This document shows positions 1 through 10,060 of a stretch of 64,000 bases of DNA, in pieces; position 1 is the first letter of the stretch, and each line of letters begins with the position of its first letter. A program made the translations under genes and the position numbers. Source of the DNA: an uncultured bacterium (lineage in GTDB: Bacteria; Patescibacteriota; Saccharimonadia; UBA4664). The DNA is taken from NCBI GenBank assembly GCA_963740635.1, contig CAVUEQ010000001.1, forward strand, positions 740,840 to 804,839, written 5' to 3'. The notes under the pieces were generated by a model. That model worked only from the letters and a program-made list of their open reading frames with translations, had not been told where the DNA came from and did not search any database.

Positions 1-2638
1 CGCTGCCGTTGAATTTCGCGATATGGGTATTAGTGCCCGAACCGGTCAGTCCGGTGCCCGAACCGGCACAGTTTCCTAATTCTATAGTACAAATTGTTTG
101 CGTGGTGCCGCCGGCTGCGACTGGCAAATTGAAGGTGACATTGCCGGCGCCAGTCGGTGACGTAGCCAGTAAGTTGGCTTAGCTGTGCATTGGTGGCGTT
201 GGCCATATTTAGCGATGCCAGCAGTGGTGGCGGCCACGACCAAAGGTGGCGCCGCCTGCGCCCTGCACGTCCAGGGTGCCGCTAAAGGCCGGGCTGTTGG
301 TAATGGTAATATTGCTGCAAGCTGCCGCCACTGCCTAAGCGTGATCGTGTCACCGCCGCCGCTCAGATTGCCGGTGCCGCTGGGGCAGACCAGCGTGGTG
401 TTGCCCTGGACGGCGGTGGCGGCCGAGCTGCCCGTAATTGACGCTCAAACTGGCACTGCTGCCGCCAAGCGAAACCAGGCCGCCGCCGGCCAGTCCCGAG
501 CCGGCCGTGACCGTGAGGCTGGAGTTGGCCAGCTTGGCATTCGTGACCTTGGCGTTGCCGATGGTGGTGACGCCGGCATTGTTGACGGTGAGGTCGCCGC
601 TGAGGGTGGTGAAGGTCGGCACGCCAGAACCATTCGCCAACAGTACCTGGCCGCCAGTACCCGCGGACGTGACTTGCAGGGCACCGGCGCCGTTGCCAAA
701 CAGCACGCCGTCTGCGGTGAAGCTGGCGGCGCCGGTGCCGCCGTTCGCGGTGGTGAGCGCGGTGGATAGGGTGAGGCCGCCAAAGGCCGGCGTGGCGGTG
801 ACGGAAATATCCTGGATGGTGTCGATAACGCCCGCGCCGTTGTCGGAAAAGCTGGTGCTGCTAAAGCTGGCGATGCCCGGGGTGGTACCGTCATCGGCTT
901 TGGCGTTGTCAATGGTGATGGCACCGCCGCTGCCAGTGGAGTTGTTGACCGTGACCACGCCGGTTTGGCCTTCGACGGACGTAACGCCGCCGGAACCCGG
1001 GCAGGCCTGAAACACCGGCGCGCCGGCGGTGGCCACGAGGCACTGCCCGAGCGATCCGGTGACGGCGGTGACGGGACTGGCGCCGTTGCCGAGCAGCACG
1101 CCATTGGCGGCCAGGCTTGAGGCGCCGGTGCCGCCATTGGCCACCGTCAGCGCCGAGGACAATGTGAGGCCGGCGAAGGTGGGCGCCGAGCTGGCAGCGA
1201 TGCCCTGGATAGTGTTTACGATCCCGGCAGCCACGCTGAAGTTGGTGGAGTTGAAGCTGGCGATACCCTTGGCGGCGGTGGTGGCGTCGTCGATGGTGAT
1301 GGCACTGCCGGCGCCGGCAGTGTTGTTGATGGTGAGGGCGCCGGTGAGACCGTCGAGGCTGGCAACACCGCCCGCGCCGGTGCAGGTCTGGAAGCTGGGC
1401 GCCGCGCCGGCGCCGTTACTCACCAGGCAGTCGCCGCCGGCACCGTTGCTGAACTGGCTGATGGCCGACGACGTGCTGGCAAACAGGAGCTGGTTGGCGC
1501 TGAGCGTGCTCAGGCCGGTGCCGCCGTTGCCCACTGTCAGCGCCGAGGACAATGTGAGGCCGGCGAAGGTGGGCGCGGAGGTGGCAGCGATGCCCTGAAT
1601 GGTGTTGACAACGCCGCCGGCGGCGGAGAAGTTGGTGGCGTTGAAGCTGGCGATACCCTTGGCGGCGGTGGTGGCGTCGTCGATGGTGATGGCACTGCCG
1701 GCGCCGGCAGTGTTGTTGATGGTGAGGGCGCCGGTGAGACCGTCGAGGCTGGCAACACCGCCCGCGCCGGAGCAGGCGCCCCACTGCACATCGCTGGAGC
1801 CGGACAGCAGGCAGAGGCCGGCGGATCCCGGCGTGGCTACACCCAGCGTGGCGGTCCCCTGGCCAAACAATATGCTCGCGGCCGGCACGCTGCTCACCCC
1901 GGTGCCGCCGCTGCCCACGCCCAGCGGCGCGCCCAGGCTGAGGCTCGAAATGGTGGTGCCGCCCAGGCTGGTGGCGCCGGTGGCACTGAAGCTGCCGGTA
2001 GAGTTGAGGCCGCCGCTGAAGGTGTTAGCAGACGTGAAGGTGTTGGCGGCATTGCGGAGCGCCACGTTGCCCGAGAGCAGGCTGTCAGCGATGGTGCCTT
2101 GCAGATTTTGGGCATTGGTGAAGAAGGCGCTGTTGTGGCCGCCGAGCAAAGAGGCGTCAACCCCGGTGATGGCGGCGCCGTTGCCGCTGAAGTTGGCCGC
2201 CGTGAGCAACCCGCCAAAAGTGCCGTTGCCGTCCACGGTGAGGTCGCCGCCGATGGTGGCCTTGGTAGACACCTGCAGCGCCTTCACCAGCAGGTCGCCC
2301 AGATCGGCCTGGTCGGCGATAATCTGCGTGACGTTGAGAATGGAATTGTTGTCGGCCGTCTTCGAGCCCAGGGCCTGCTGTTCAGCTTGGCTGAGGCCCG
2401 GCTGGGGGGATGTCGTGGGCGAGGCAGTGGTGGTTTTTGGCTTGCCCCCCAGCGTAATGGCAGCCCAGGTTCCGGCGCCGATGAGCAACAACACCAACAC
2501 CACCACCGGAACCAGCCAGCCCGGCCGGCGCGGCTTGCGGGGAGGCGGAGTCGATGAAGCTGCGGGCTGGAGAGGGGCCCCTCCCGCAGGCAACTGTTGG
2601 TTTATCTCGGGGTTAAAATTTGGATCCATCCACACCAC
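1..2638 (-). CDS. Giant membrane-anchored Gly/Ala/Thr/Ser-rich repetitive surface protein (CPR-type); frameshifted near 430 and running off the window edge
   Basis: ORF 350..2638 has an N-terminal Pro-rich segment, a TM helix (WLVPVVVLVLLLIGAGTWAAI) and repeated GVxSLDGLTGALTI / GGTGxxxxxNGVLxGNG units. A shifted frame continues YGSSAATAVQGNTTLVCPSGTGNLSGGG beyond ~430. Confidence 0.75.
1251..1770. repeat. Intragenic tandem duplication: identical 130-bp blocks at 1251-1380 and 1641-1770 (390-bp period)
   Basis: Direct comparison of ttgaagctggcgataccc...acaccgcccgcgccgg at both positions. Confidence 0.9.
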
Positions 2639-2710
2639 TAAATGGTTGTGGTTATTTTACCTTATTCCATACCTGAAACACAAGCGTTTTGGGGGCGAAA
2701 AAAAGCCAAA

Positions 2711-2735
2711 AAAAGAGCCCCTCGGCGGGGCCCTT
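2711..2735 (-). terminator. Intrinsic terminator downstream of tRNA-Ala(GGC)
   Basis: Minus strand reads AAGGGCCCCGCCGAGGGGCTCTTTT, continuing as a T run. Confidence 0.7.
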
Positions 2736-2753
2736 GATAAATCGATGATTTCT

Positions 2754-2830
2754 TGGTGGAGCTACAGGGATTCGAACCCTGGACCTCCTCGATGCCATCG
2801 AGGCGCGCTAGCCAGCTGCGCCATAGCCCC
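2754..2830 (-). tRNA. tRNA-Ala (anticodon GGC)
   Basis: GGGGCTATGGCGCAGCTGGCTAGCGCGCCTCGAT-GGC-ATCGAGGAGGTCCAGGGTTCGAATCCCTGTAGCTCCACCA; full cloverleaf, G3-U70 pair, CCA end; upstream TTGACG-N17-TATGCT promoter. Confidence 0.97.
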
Positions 2831-2906
2831 ATGCAGGTAAGAGCATACGCTACCGGGAAGTGTTCGTCAAATACACATGAGAGTGCTCTGTAGTACAATC
2901 ATGATT

Positions 2907-3584
2907 ATGAATGAGACAAGGTTGCGAGCAGTCCAACTCCGAAAATGGGGTCTCACCTATTCTGAGATTCAATTGCAAATAGGAAAAAATATACCGAAGA
3001 GTACATTGTCGTACTGGTGCCGGGGGGTCAAGCTGTCTGAGCGGCAGCTGAATAGAATATTAGCCCTGGGAAAGGAAAATTTAATCCGTGCTAGATCGGC
3101 GGCAGTCCGAAGCAAGGCCGTCAGTCGAAAGCGTCGTCTGGAGGAAGGGTACAAACAAGCGAAGGGGTACCTTGGTGACGTTAGCCTTCGGGAAGCAAAA
3201 ATTGCATTGGCTATGCTTTACCTTGGTGAGGGTTATAAGTTCCCCGCCAGCAGAGGACTGAAGCTGGGCAGCTCAGATCCCCGGATTGTCAATACTTTCA
3301 TACATTTGCTGCGGTTGTGTTTTGATGTGAGACCAGAGGACCTAAAATGCCTTATCAGTTATAGAGCGGACCAGAACCTGGATGAATTGATGTCCTTCTG
3401 GGCAGCCAAAACCGGCATACCCCGCGATAATTTTTACCAATCCAAGGCTGACCCTAGGACGGTAAATAAACCAACCAAAAATTCAGAATACAAGGGGGTC
3501 GCGGTTGTCTCTTCCAAGGGTGTAACTAACCAGTTGGAGCTTGACCACATTGCAAACGTTTTGCTGGAAGCTATTTCGAGCTAG
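2907..3584 (+). CDS. HTH plus LAGLIDADG-like domain protein (tRNA-adjacent family)
   Basis: N-terminal HTH (LRKWGLTYSEI...IPKSTLSYW), central AMLYLGEG motif followed by SSDPRIV..F; AT-richer than flanks; TACAAT at 2894-2899 supports a start at 2907. Confidence 0.65.
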   Translation: MNETRLRAVQLRKWGLTYSEIQLQIGKNIPKSTLSYWCRGVKLSERQLNRILALGKENLIRARSAAVRSKAVSRKRRLEEGYKQAKGYLGDVSLREAKIALAMLYLGEGYKFPASRGLKLGSSDPRIVNTFIHLLRLCFDVRPEDLKCLISYRADQNLDELMSFWAAKTGIPRDNFYQSKADPRTVNKPTKNSEYKGVAVVSSKGVTNQLELDHIANVLLEAISS

Positions 3585-3811
3585 GGGTGGAGCTTAAATG
3601 CCACCACCAGCGCCCAGGCCAGACCGCCGACAATGAGGGCGACCAGCAGCTGGGCCGTGATTATGCCTATGCCCAGCCGAAATCCGTCGCCGTAGGTGAG
3701 GCGGCGGCCGCGCGGGCGGACGGCGTCGGCCAGAAAGGTATCGCGGACCCGGGCAGGGCGGGCCGTGGCTTTGGGTTTGTCGTCTAGATCAGTCATGACA
3801 GGCCGGGCCAA
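3581..3811 (-). CDS. Small single-TM hypothetical protein
   Basis: 76-aa ORF with hydrophobic C-terminal helix after DGFRLGIGI. Confidence 0.6.
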   Translation of the reverse strand: MARPVMTDLDDKPKATARPARVRDTFLADAVRPRGRRLTYGDGFRLGIGIITAQLLVALIVGGLAWALVVAFKLHP

Positions 3812-3839
3812 CAGTTAGGAATATGGGTTAATTCTACGA

Positions 3840-5138
3840 TTATTGCGCCTCAAGCACAAGCGGCATGGCGGGGCGGGGCGCACCGGGACGGATGGCGGGG
3901 CGGGGGGCGCCGGGACGGATGGCCTGGGACAGACGGTCGAGGGCAATCATGGCGGCGGCGGTGCGCGGGGTGGTGTCGGCCGTGCGCGACAGGGCCATGA
4001 CCTCGGCGGCGGACTGGCGGAGCTTGGAGGCCAGGCGGGCCAGCACCATCGGCTCGTCCCAGTTGTACCCCTGGAGGTTTTGGACCCACTCGAAGTACGA
4101 GCCGACCACGCCCCCGGCGTTGGCCAGGATGTCGGGGACGACGGTAACGTGGTGGCGGGCCAGGATGGGGTCGGCGGCGCGGGCGATGGAGCTGTTGCCG
4201 AGCTCGAGGACCACGCGGGCGCGGACGTGGGGGGCGTTGCGTTCCGTGATGGCGTGCTCGACCGCCGCCAGCACCAGGATATCGGCGTCGGCGGCGAGCA
4301 GCTCGGCGTGCGTGGCCGTGCGGCCGCCAGCAGGGGCAACGCGGCCGGTCGCGGCCAGCGCGGCCCGCACCGCGGCGGGGTCGAGGCCGGCGGGGTCCAG
4401 GACGGCGTCGCGCGCGTCGCTCACGCCCACCAGCCGGTAGCCCGCGCGCACCGCGGCCTCGGCGAAGTGCGAGCCGACATTGCCGAAGCCCTCCACGGCG
4501 ATGGTGGGCGTAGCGCCGAGGCCAAGATCCGGCCGGTGTGCCAGCACCTCCTCGAGCACCTCGAACCCGCCGTAGCCCGTGGCCTCGCGGCGGCCCAGGC
4601 TACCGTAGAGTGCGCCCGGCTTGCCCGTAAAGGCGGCCGGCGTGAAGCTGCCGGTGAGCGCGGCGTACTCGTCGACCATCCAGGCCATGGTAGCCTCGCC
4701 GGTGTTCACGTCCGGCGCCGGGATGTCGCGCCACGGCCCGATCAGCGGCTGTACCTGCCGCACATACAGACGGGCTAGCCGCTCGAGCTCGGCCGCGCTG
4801 AGGGTGGCCGGGTCCACGGCCACGGCCCCTTTGGCGCCGCCGAACGGCACGTCGGCCACGGCGCATTTGAGCGTCATCAGCAGCGCCAGGTTCTTCACCT
4901 CTTCCAGATTGGCATCGGCGTGGAACCGGATGCCGCCCTTGAACGGCCCGCGGGCATTTGAGTGCTGCACGCGCCAGGCCCGGAGCCTGAGGATGGTGCC
5001 GTCGTCGCGGGCCAGGGGCAGCGTCATCTCGATAATCCGGTCGGGCTGCGCCAGCGCCTGGATGACTTCGCGGGGGATACGCTGCATGGCGGCAGCCCGT
5101 TTTAGTTCATTCCAGCTGGCTTCATAGATGCTTGGCAT
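3840..5138 (-). CDS. gdhA: Glu/Leu/Phe/Val dehydrogenase (glutamate dehydrogenase)
   Basis: RGPFKGGIRFH, PFGGAKG, DIPAPDVNT, GFGNVG, PDILANAGGV motifs. Confidence 0.92.
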   Translation of the reverse strand: MPSIYEASWNELKRAAAMQRIPREVIQALAQPDRIIEMTLPLARDDGTILRLRAWRVQHSNARGPFKGGIRFHADANLEEVKNLALLMTLKCAVADVPFGGAKGAVAVDPATLSAAELERLARLYVRQVQPLIGPWRDIPAPDVNTGEATMAWMVDEYAALTGSFTPAAFTGKPGALYGSLGRREATGYGGFEVLEEVLAHRPDLGLGATPTIAVEGFGNVGSHFAEAAVRAGYRLVGVSDARDAVLDPAGLDPAAVRAALAATGRVAPAGGRTATHAELLAADADILVLAAVEHAITERNAPHVRARVVLELGNSSIARAADPILARHHVTVVPDILANAGGVVGSYFEWVQNLQGYNWDEPMVLARLASKLRQSAAEVMALSRTADTTPRTAAAMIALDRLSQAIRPGAPRPAIRPGAPRPAMPLVLEAQ

Positions 5139-5245
5139 TGCCGCTCCGTTTTGAGAATTATTATTGTTCGGTTTGATTATACACCTAATATTTTGACAAT
5201 AGTTATAATTCTTAATAAACTAGCAGTTATTATTGAGGATCTTGG

Positions 5246-6654
5246 ATGTTTTTGGACATACCCTACGACAAACTCGAGCAAATGAACCTGGCGGCGCGCA
5301 AGCTGACCGACCCGGACGAGGCCAAAGCCAAACACACGGCGTACCTGGAGGGCGAGCCGAAACTGAAGGCGGTGACGGTTTGCTTTTCGGACATCGAAGG
5401 CCGGCTGCACATGCTCGACTACGACAAGAAATTCCTGCTGGCGTCGCTCGACAACCTGACGTTTGACGGCAGTTCGATCCGGGGCTTCAGCGAGCTGCAC
5501 GAGAGCGACCTGCGGCTGCTGCTCGATTGGACCAGTTTCACGCACCTGCCGGCGGACGTGTTTGGGCCGGGAAAGGTGATCGTGTGGGCGAACGTGGCCG
5601 GGCGTGACCTCAAGCCGTACGAGGCCGATTTCCGCGGGCGGCTGCAGGCCTATGCCGCTGAGCTTGCGGCGAAAGACGGCCTGGAGGCTTTCATGGCGCC
5701 GGAGCTGGAGGGGTTTTTGCTGGACGGCGTCGACGCCGAGCAGCATTTTTCCAGCGCCGAGGGCTTTAAGCTGATCTCGAGCGGCGGCTATTTCCACTCC
5801 CTGCCGCTCGACCGGCTGCGGCAGTTCATCGACGCCACGGCCGAGGCGCAGCGGGCGCTCGGGTTCCGCAACGAGAAGGACCACCCCGAGGTGGCGCCGT
5901 CACAGTTCGAAATTAACTTCAGTTACACCGACGTGGTGCGGGCCTGCGACCAGGTGCAGCTGTACAAGCTGATTTGCCGGCAGATCGCCAACCGCCTGGG
6001 CATGACGGCGACCTTTTTGCCCAAGCCCATCCAGGGCATCAACGGCAGCGGCATGCACACCAACTTTTCGCTGGCGCGGGACGGCAAAAACGCCTTCCAC
6101 GACGCCAAGGGCACGGACGGCCTGTCGCCGCTCGGCGTGGGGTTTCATCGAGAAACTGCTCCACCGCGCGCCGGAAATCTGCCTGGTACTGAACTCGAGC
6201 GTGAACTCCTACCGCCGGCTGGACCCGAACTTCGAGGCCCCCAACCAGATTAAGGTGTGCGCCCACGACCGCGGCTCGATGATCCGCATCCCGTTTGGCA
6301 ACGAGCGCACGGCGCGCATCGAGATCCGCTCCGTGGCGCCGGACACCAACCCGTACCTGCTGCTGTTCGCTTTGCTGAAGGTCGGTCTCGAAGACAAGAA
6401 ACCAAGCCGCGGAAAGCGCCGACAAGCGATCGCGGCTGCGGTTTTTGCCGGGTACCATCAAGGACGCAATGCGCCTGTTTAAGGCCAGCGACCTGACGGC
6501 TGGGATTATGGGCGAGGACACGAAGGAGAAGTTCCTGAGCTACAAGCAGGCCTCGGCCGACCGCAACCCGCGCGAGCTGGGCACGACCATTAAAGATTCC
6601 GAGATTATCTACCACCACGAGGTGTGGAACCAGGTACTGTGGAATAAGTTCTAG
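5246..6654 (+). CDS. glnA: Glutamine synthetase, split by apparent frameshifts (~6130-6200 and ~6410-6445)
   Basis: FDGSSIRGF, HPEVAPSQFE, FLPKP..GINGSGMH, NSYRRL.P.FEAP, RIEIRS motifs spread over three consecutive ORF fragments. Confidence 0.88.
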
Positions 6655-6692
6655 CTTACGGGCGCCGGTTTTTCGCGAGGAGCGTGATGGCA

Positions 6693-6828
6693 ACTATACT
6701 CCAAAAGGGTATATCTACCATTATCACACAAATGTTGTAGTCTTTTTGGCTTGGGTGAGCCATTATTTCTACCTTACTCGAACACAAATGCCCATTACCG
6801 TCAAAGGTATACTCTTTGGGAGTATAGT
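6693..6828. repeat. 136-bp element with ~21-bp terminal inverted repeats, copy 1 (MITE-like or paired operator)
   Basis: actatactccaaaagggtata ... tatactctttgggagtatagt; homologous to 8171-8306. Confidence 0.8.
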
Positions 6829-6905
6829 CGGGCATGCGAGGACTCCGGAAAAAATGCGTGGGTACACCTGGTGCATTTTGGACCGGAAGCGTACACTAGG
6901 TCGTT

Positions 6906-8093
6906 ATGAGCACAAAAGATAATTTCTACAAGCAACTAGCCGAAGCCGAGGCCGGCTTCAAGCCGCCGCGGGTGATTACCAGCGGGCAGGGCGCCTACTT
7001 AAAGATAGACGGCCAGCCGCGGCTGAACTTTTGCTCGAGCCATTACCTGGGGTTCGCGGTGGACGGGCGGCTGAAGCAGGCGGCCAAAGCGGCCGTCGAC
7101 AAGTACGGCATTGGCACCGGCTACCGCACGCTGGCCGGGACGCACGAGTTGCACCTGGAGCTGGAGCGGGCCATCGCGGAGTTTAAGGGCGCCGAGGCGG
7201 CAGTGGTATTTTCGAGCGCCTACGCGGCCAACGCGGCGGCCATCCAGACGATTATCGGCAAGGAAGACATTGTGATTTCGGATGAGCTGAACCACGCCTC
7301 CATCATCGATGCGGTGCGGCTGAGCGGGGTGAAAAATAAGTTCATATACGGCCACGGGGATATGGCGGCGCTGGAGGCGAAGCTTCAAGAGGTGGCAGAG
7401 CTGCGCAAAACGCCCAAGGCCAACGGCGAGCCGCCGCTGGTGCTGATAGTGACCGACGGCGTTTTTTCGATGGACGGCGACCTGGCGCCCCTGCCCCGGA
7501 TCGTGGAGCTCGCCAAGCGCTACGACGCGCTGACCATGGTGGACGACGCCCACGGCGAGGGCGTGCTGGGCCGTGGCGGCCGCGGGATCGTGGACCACTT
7601 TGGCCTGACCGGAGAGGTGGACATCGAGGTGGGGAGCTTGAGCAAGGCGTTTTCGGTGATGGGCGGATTTATTGCGGGCCGGCGCGAGTTGGTTAATTTC
7701 TACAACGCGAGGGCCCGGCAGCGGCTGTTTTCGGTGGCGCTGACCATCCCCGACACGGCGGCGGCCCTGGAGGCGGTGCGGATTTTGCAGGAGTCGCAGG
7801 ATTTGGTGCAGAAATTGTGGGACAACGTGGATTATTTGCGCGAAGGGTTTAAGGAGCTGGGATTTGATATCGGCCACTCCGAGACGCCGATCATCCCGGT
7901 GATGCTGGGCGACGAAAAAACGGCGGTGGAAATGAGCGCCAAGATGTTTGCAGACGGGGTGTTTGCGACGCCGATTGTGTTTCCGATGGTAGCCAAGGGC
8001 AAGGCGCGGATACGGGTGATCGTGTCGGCGAGCTTCAGCCGCGAGGACTGCGATAAGGGGTTGGCGGCGTTCAAGAAGGCGCGGGGGGATTAA
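6906..8093 (+). CDS. kbl: Glycine C-acetyltransferase (2-amino-3-ketobutyrate CoA ligase), PLP class II
   Basis: SDELNHASIIDA, TDGVFSMDGD, VDDAHG, SLSKA motifs; next to tdh. Confidence 0.85.
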   Translation: MSTKDNFYKQLAEAEAGFKPPRVITSGQGAYLKIDGQPRLNFCSSHYLGFAVDGRLKQAAKAAVDKYGIGTGYRTLAGTHELHLELERAIAEFKGAEAAVVFSSAYAANAAAIQTIIGKEDIVISDELNHASIIDAVRLSGVKNKFIYGHGDMAALEAKLQEVAELRKTPKANGEPPLVLIVTDGVFSMDGDLAPLPRIVELAKRYDALTMVDDAHGEGVLGRGGRGIVDHFGLTGEVDIEVGSLSKAFSVMGGFIAGRRELVNFYNARARQRLFSVALTIPDTAAALEAVRILQESQDLVQKLWDNVDYLREGFKELGFDIGHSETPIIPVMLGDEKTAVEMSAKMFADGVFATPIVFPMVAKGKARIRVIVSASFSREDCDKGLAAFKKARGD

Positions 8094-8170
8094 CCTTTCC
8101 TTTTAATGGGGGTGGGGGCGTTTGGCGTGTTCGATTGCACGAGGTTTTTCTGCGAGTTGGCACGGTGCGC

Positions 8171-8306
8171 ACTATACTCCAAAAGAGTATATCTATCTTT
8201 CCGGCGAATATATTGTGTAGTTTTTGCTTAAGTGAAGCCATAAACGCGATGTTGCAATATTACATGTTTAGAGCAATGTCAAAACTATACCCTTTTGGAG
8301 TATAGT
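8171..8306. repeat. 136-bp element with terminal inverted repeats, copy 2
   Basis: actatactccaaaagagtata ... tatacccttttggagtatagt; same length as copy 1. Confidence 0.8.
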
Positions 8307-8346
8307 TGTGTGTATAAGTTTCCGCGGGGAGTGGCGGCGTCCGGTT

Positions 8347-9546
8347 TTAACCGTTAACCTTGAAGATGACTTTGGGGTGGGCGTTGAGGGCTTGCTCGAA
8401 ATTGAGCTGGTCGTACTGCGCGAGCGGTAGGATGGTCCCCTCCCCTTTTTTGAGGATGACGTCCCAGATTTTGCCCTGGATGCCGTTGGATTTGTCCGAC
8501 AGAATGCGCTGGGAAATCTGCCAGGTGCCGAAAATTTGGCGGCCGATAATGCCGTGGACGGTGAGGCCTTTGACGATAAAGCGCGAGAATTTGGGAACGG
8601 TGAAGTCGCCGTCCTTGAGGCCGAAGAGGATGACCTGGCCGCCGCGGCGGGTGGCTTCGAGGGCGTTGTTGAGGCTCGAGGGCGGGCCGGCCATTTCCAT
8701 GGCGATGTCGACGCCCTTGCCGTAGGTGAGCTCGTTGATGCGGCCGACCACTTCGGGGTCGTGGTCGTAGTCGTGGGCCTTTTCCTTGCGCTCGATCTGG
8801 ATGGTCTCGTGGGCGCCGCACGCCTTAGCCATGGCCAGGTTGTCAGGGTTAACGTCGACGGCGATGACCTTGGCCGCGCCGAAATTTTTGAGCAGCAAGA
8901 TGGCGAACAGGCCAATTGGGCCGCAGCCCATCACGGCCACGCGCTGGCCGCGGACCTCGACCTTGGTGGAGGCGTGGACGGCGTTGCCGAACGGGTCCAT
9001 GATGGCGGCGATTTCGGGGCGGATGCGGGACTCGTCGATCGGCCAGAGGTTTTTGGCCGGGATTTTGACGTATTCGGCAAAGATGCCGTTGATGGAAATG
9101 CCGAGAATGCTCTCGTTCATGCAGACGTTGCCCTCACCGATGCGGCACTGGTAGCATTTGCCGCAGGTGACATGCGAGTCGCCGGACACCAAGCTGCCGA
9201 CCTCGATTTTGGCGTTGTTGTTCGGGTCTTCGTCGTAATAGAGGGTGCGAACCATGGAGCCGGCCGCCACGACCTCGCCGACGAATTCGTGGCCGAGCAC
9301 GCGCAAAGTCTGGCCCTGGGCGGCCAAGGAGTCGTGGATGAGGTCGTGGAAGGTGTTGCGGTAGTAGATGCCGCGGTCGGTGCCGCAAACGCCGGCGTAG
9401 CGGATTTTGAGAATGACGGCAGTGGCGTCGGCGGGGTCGGCCGCCTCGTTGAGGGCGGGCCGCTCGATGTCTCGGAGCACAAAGCCCCGGGATTTCTCCC
9501 AGGAATCGGTGTGAGTATCAAATGTGAGAGCTTTTACTGTGGCCAT
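8347..9546 (-). CDS. tdh: Zn-dependent L-threonine 3-dehydrogenase-like protein
   Basis: GVCGTD, GHEFVG, HVTCGKCYQC..G..NVC, DPFGNAVH, GCGPIG motifs. Confidence 0.82.
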   Translation of the reverse strand: MATVKALTFDTHTDSWEKSRGFVLRDIERPALNEAADPADATAVILKIRYAGVCGTDRGIYYRNTFHDLIHDSLAAQGQTLRVLGHEFVGEVVAAGSMVRTLYYDEDPNNNAKIEVGSLVSGDSHVTCGKCYQCRIGEGNVCMNESILGISINGIFAEYVKIPAKNLWPIDESRIRPEIAAIMDPFGNAVHASTKVEVRGQRVAVMGCGPIGLFAILLLKNFGAAKVIAVDVNPDNLAMAKACGAHETIQIERKEKAHDYDHDPEVVGRINELTYGKGVDIAMEMAGPPSSLNNALEATRRGGQVILFGLKDGDFTVPKFSRFIVKGLTVHGIIGRQIFGTWQISQRILSDKSNGIQGKIWDVILKKGEGTILPLAQYDQLNFEQALNAHPKVIFKVNG

Positions 9547-9590
9547 AATAAGAATTATGTATTTATATCATGCTTTGTTAGTTCGATCAA

Positions 9591-9983
9591 TTAGCCGGCG
9601 CCGCTTCCGGTCCGTTCGGCGCGCGGCTGCTGGAGGGTCCAGTGGTTGCCGTCCGGGTCGTGGAGCTCGGCGTGGAGCACGCCCCAGGGCATCATGGCCG
9701 GCTTCTCGATATGCACACCCTTGGCCTTGAGCTGCTCGTAGGCCGCCTGCGCGTCCTTCACTACCAGCAGGATGGCGTCGATCGAGCCCGGCTTCATGTC
9801 AGTGATGCCCTGGCCAATGGTGATCGAGCAGGCCGATCCCGGCGGCGTGAGCTGGATGAACCGCCGGCCGTCTTCGATCGTCGCGTCCATGTCGGCATGG
9901 AAGCCCATCTTTTCGGTGTAAAATTCCTTGGCCCGGTCAACGTCCGACACCGGGACCGATACCAGCTCAAGTTTCATTTCCAT
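9591..9983 (-). CDS. VOC/glyoxalase family protein
   Basis: VPVSDVDRAKEFY...DPDGNHW; AGGAG ribosome-binding site upstream. Confidence 0.88.
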   Translation of the reverse strand: MEMKLELVSVPVSDVDRAKEFYTEKMGFHADMDATIEDGRRFIQLTPPGSACSITIGQGITDMKPGSIDAILLVVKDAQAAYEQLKAKGVHIEKPAMMPWGVLHAELHDPDGNHWTLQQPRAERTGSGAG

Positions 9984-10060
9984 GCGGGTGCTCCTGTTTG
10001 ACTCGTGCAATTATCGCGCACCCGAGCCACGTTTGTCGTTGTGCAAGCTTACAGCTGGGG

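Noticed and set aside
3864-3923. 27-bp tandem repeat in the gdhA C-terminus (AIRPGAPRP x2)
   Set aside because: Real, but a trivial in-frame slippage in a disordered tail.
6130-6450. glnA frameshifts as regulated recoding
   Set aside because: Several scattered shifts with no slippery site and stimulatory structure; likely sequencing error.
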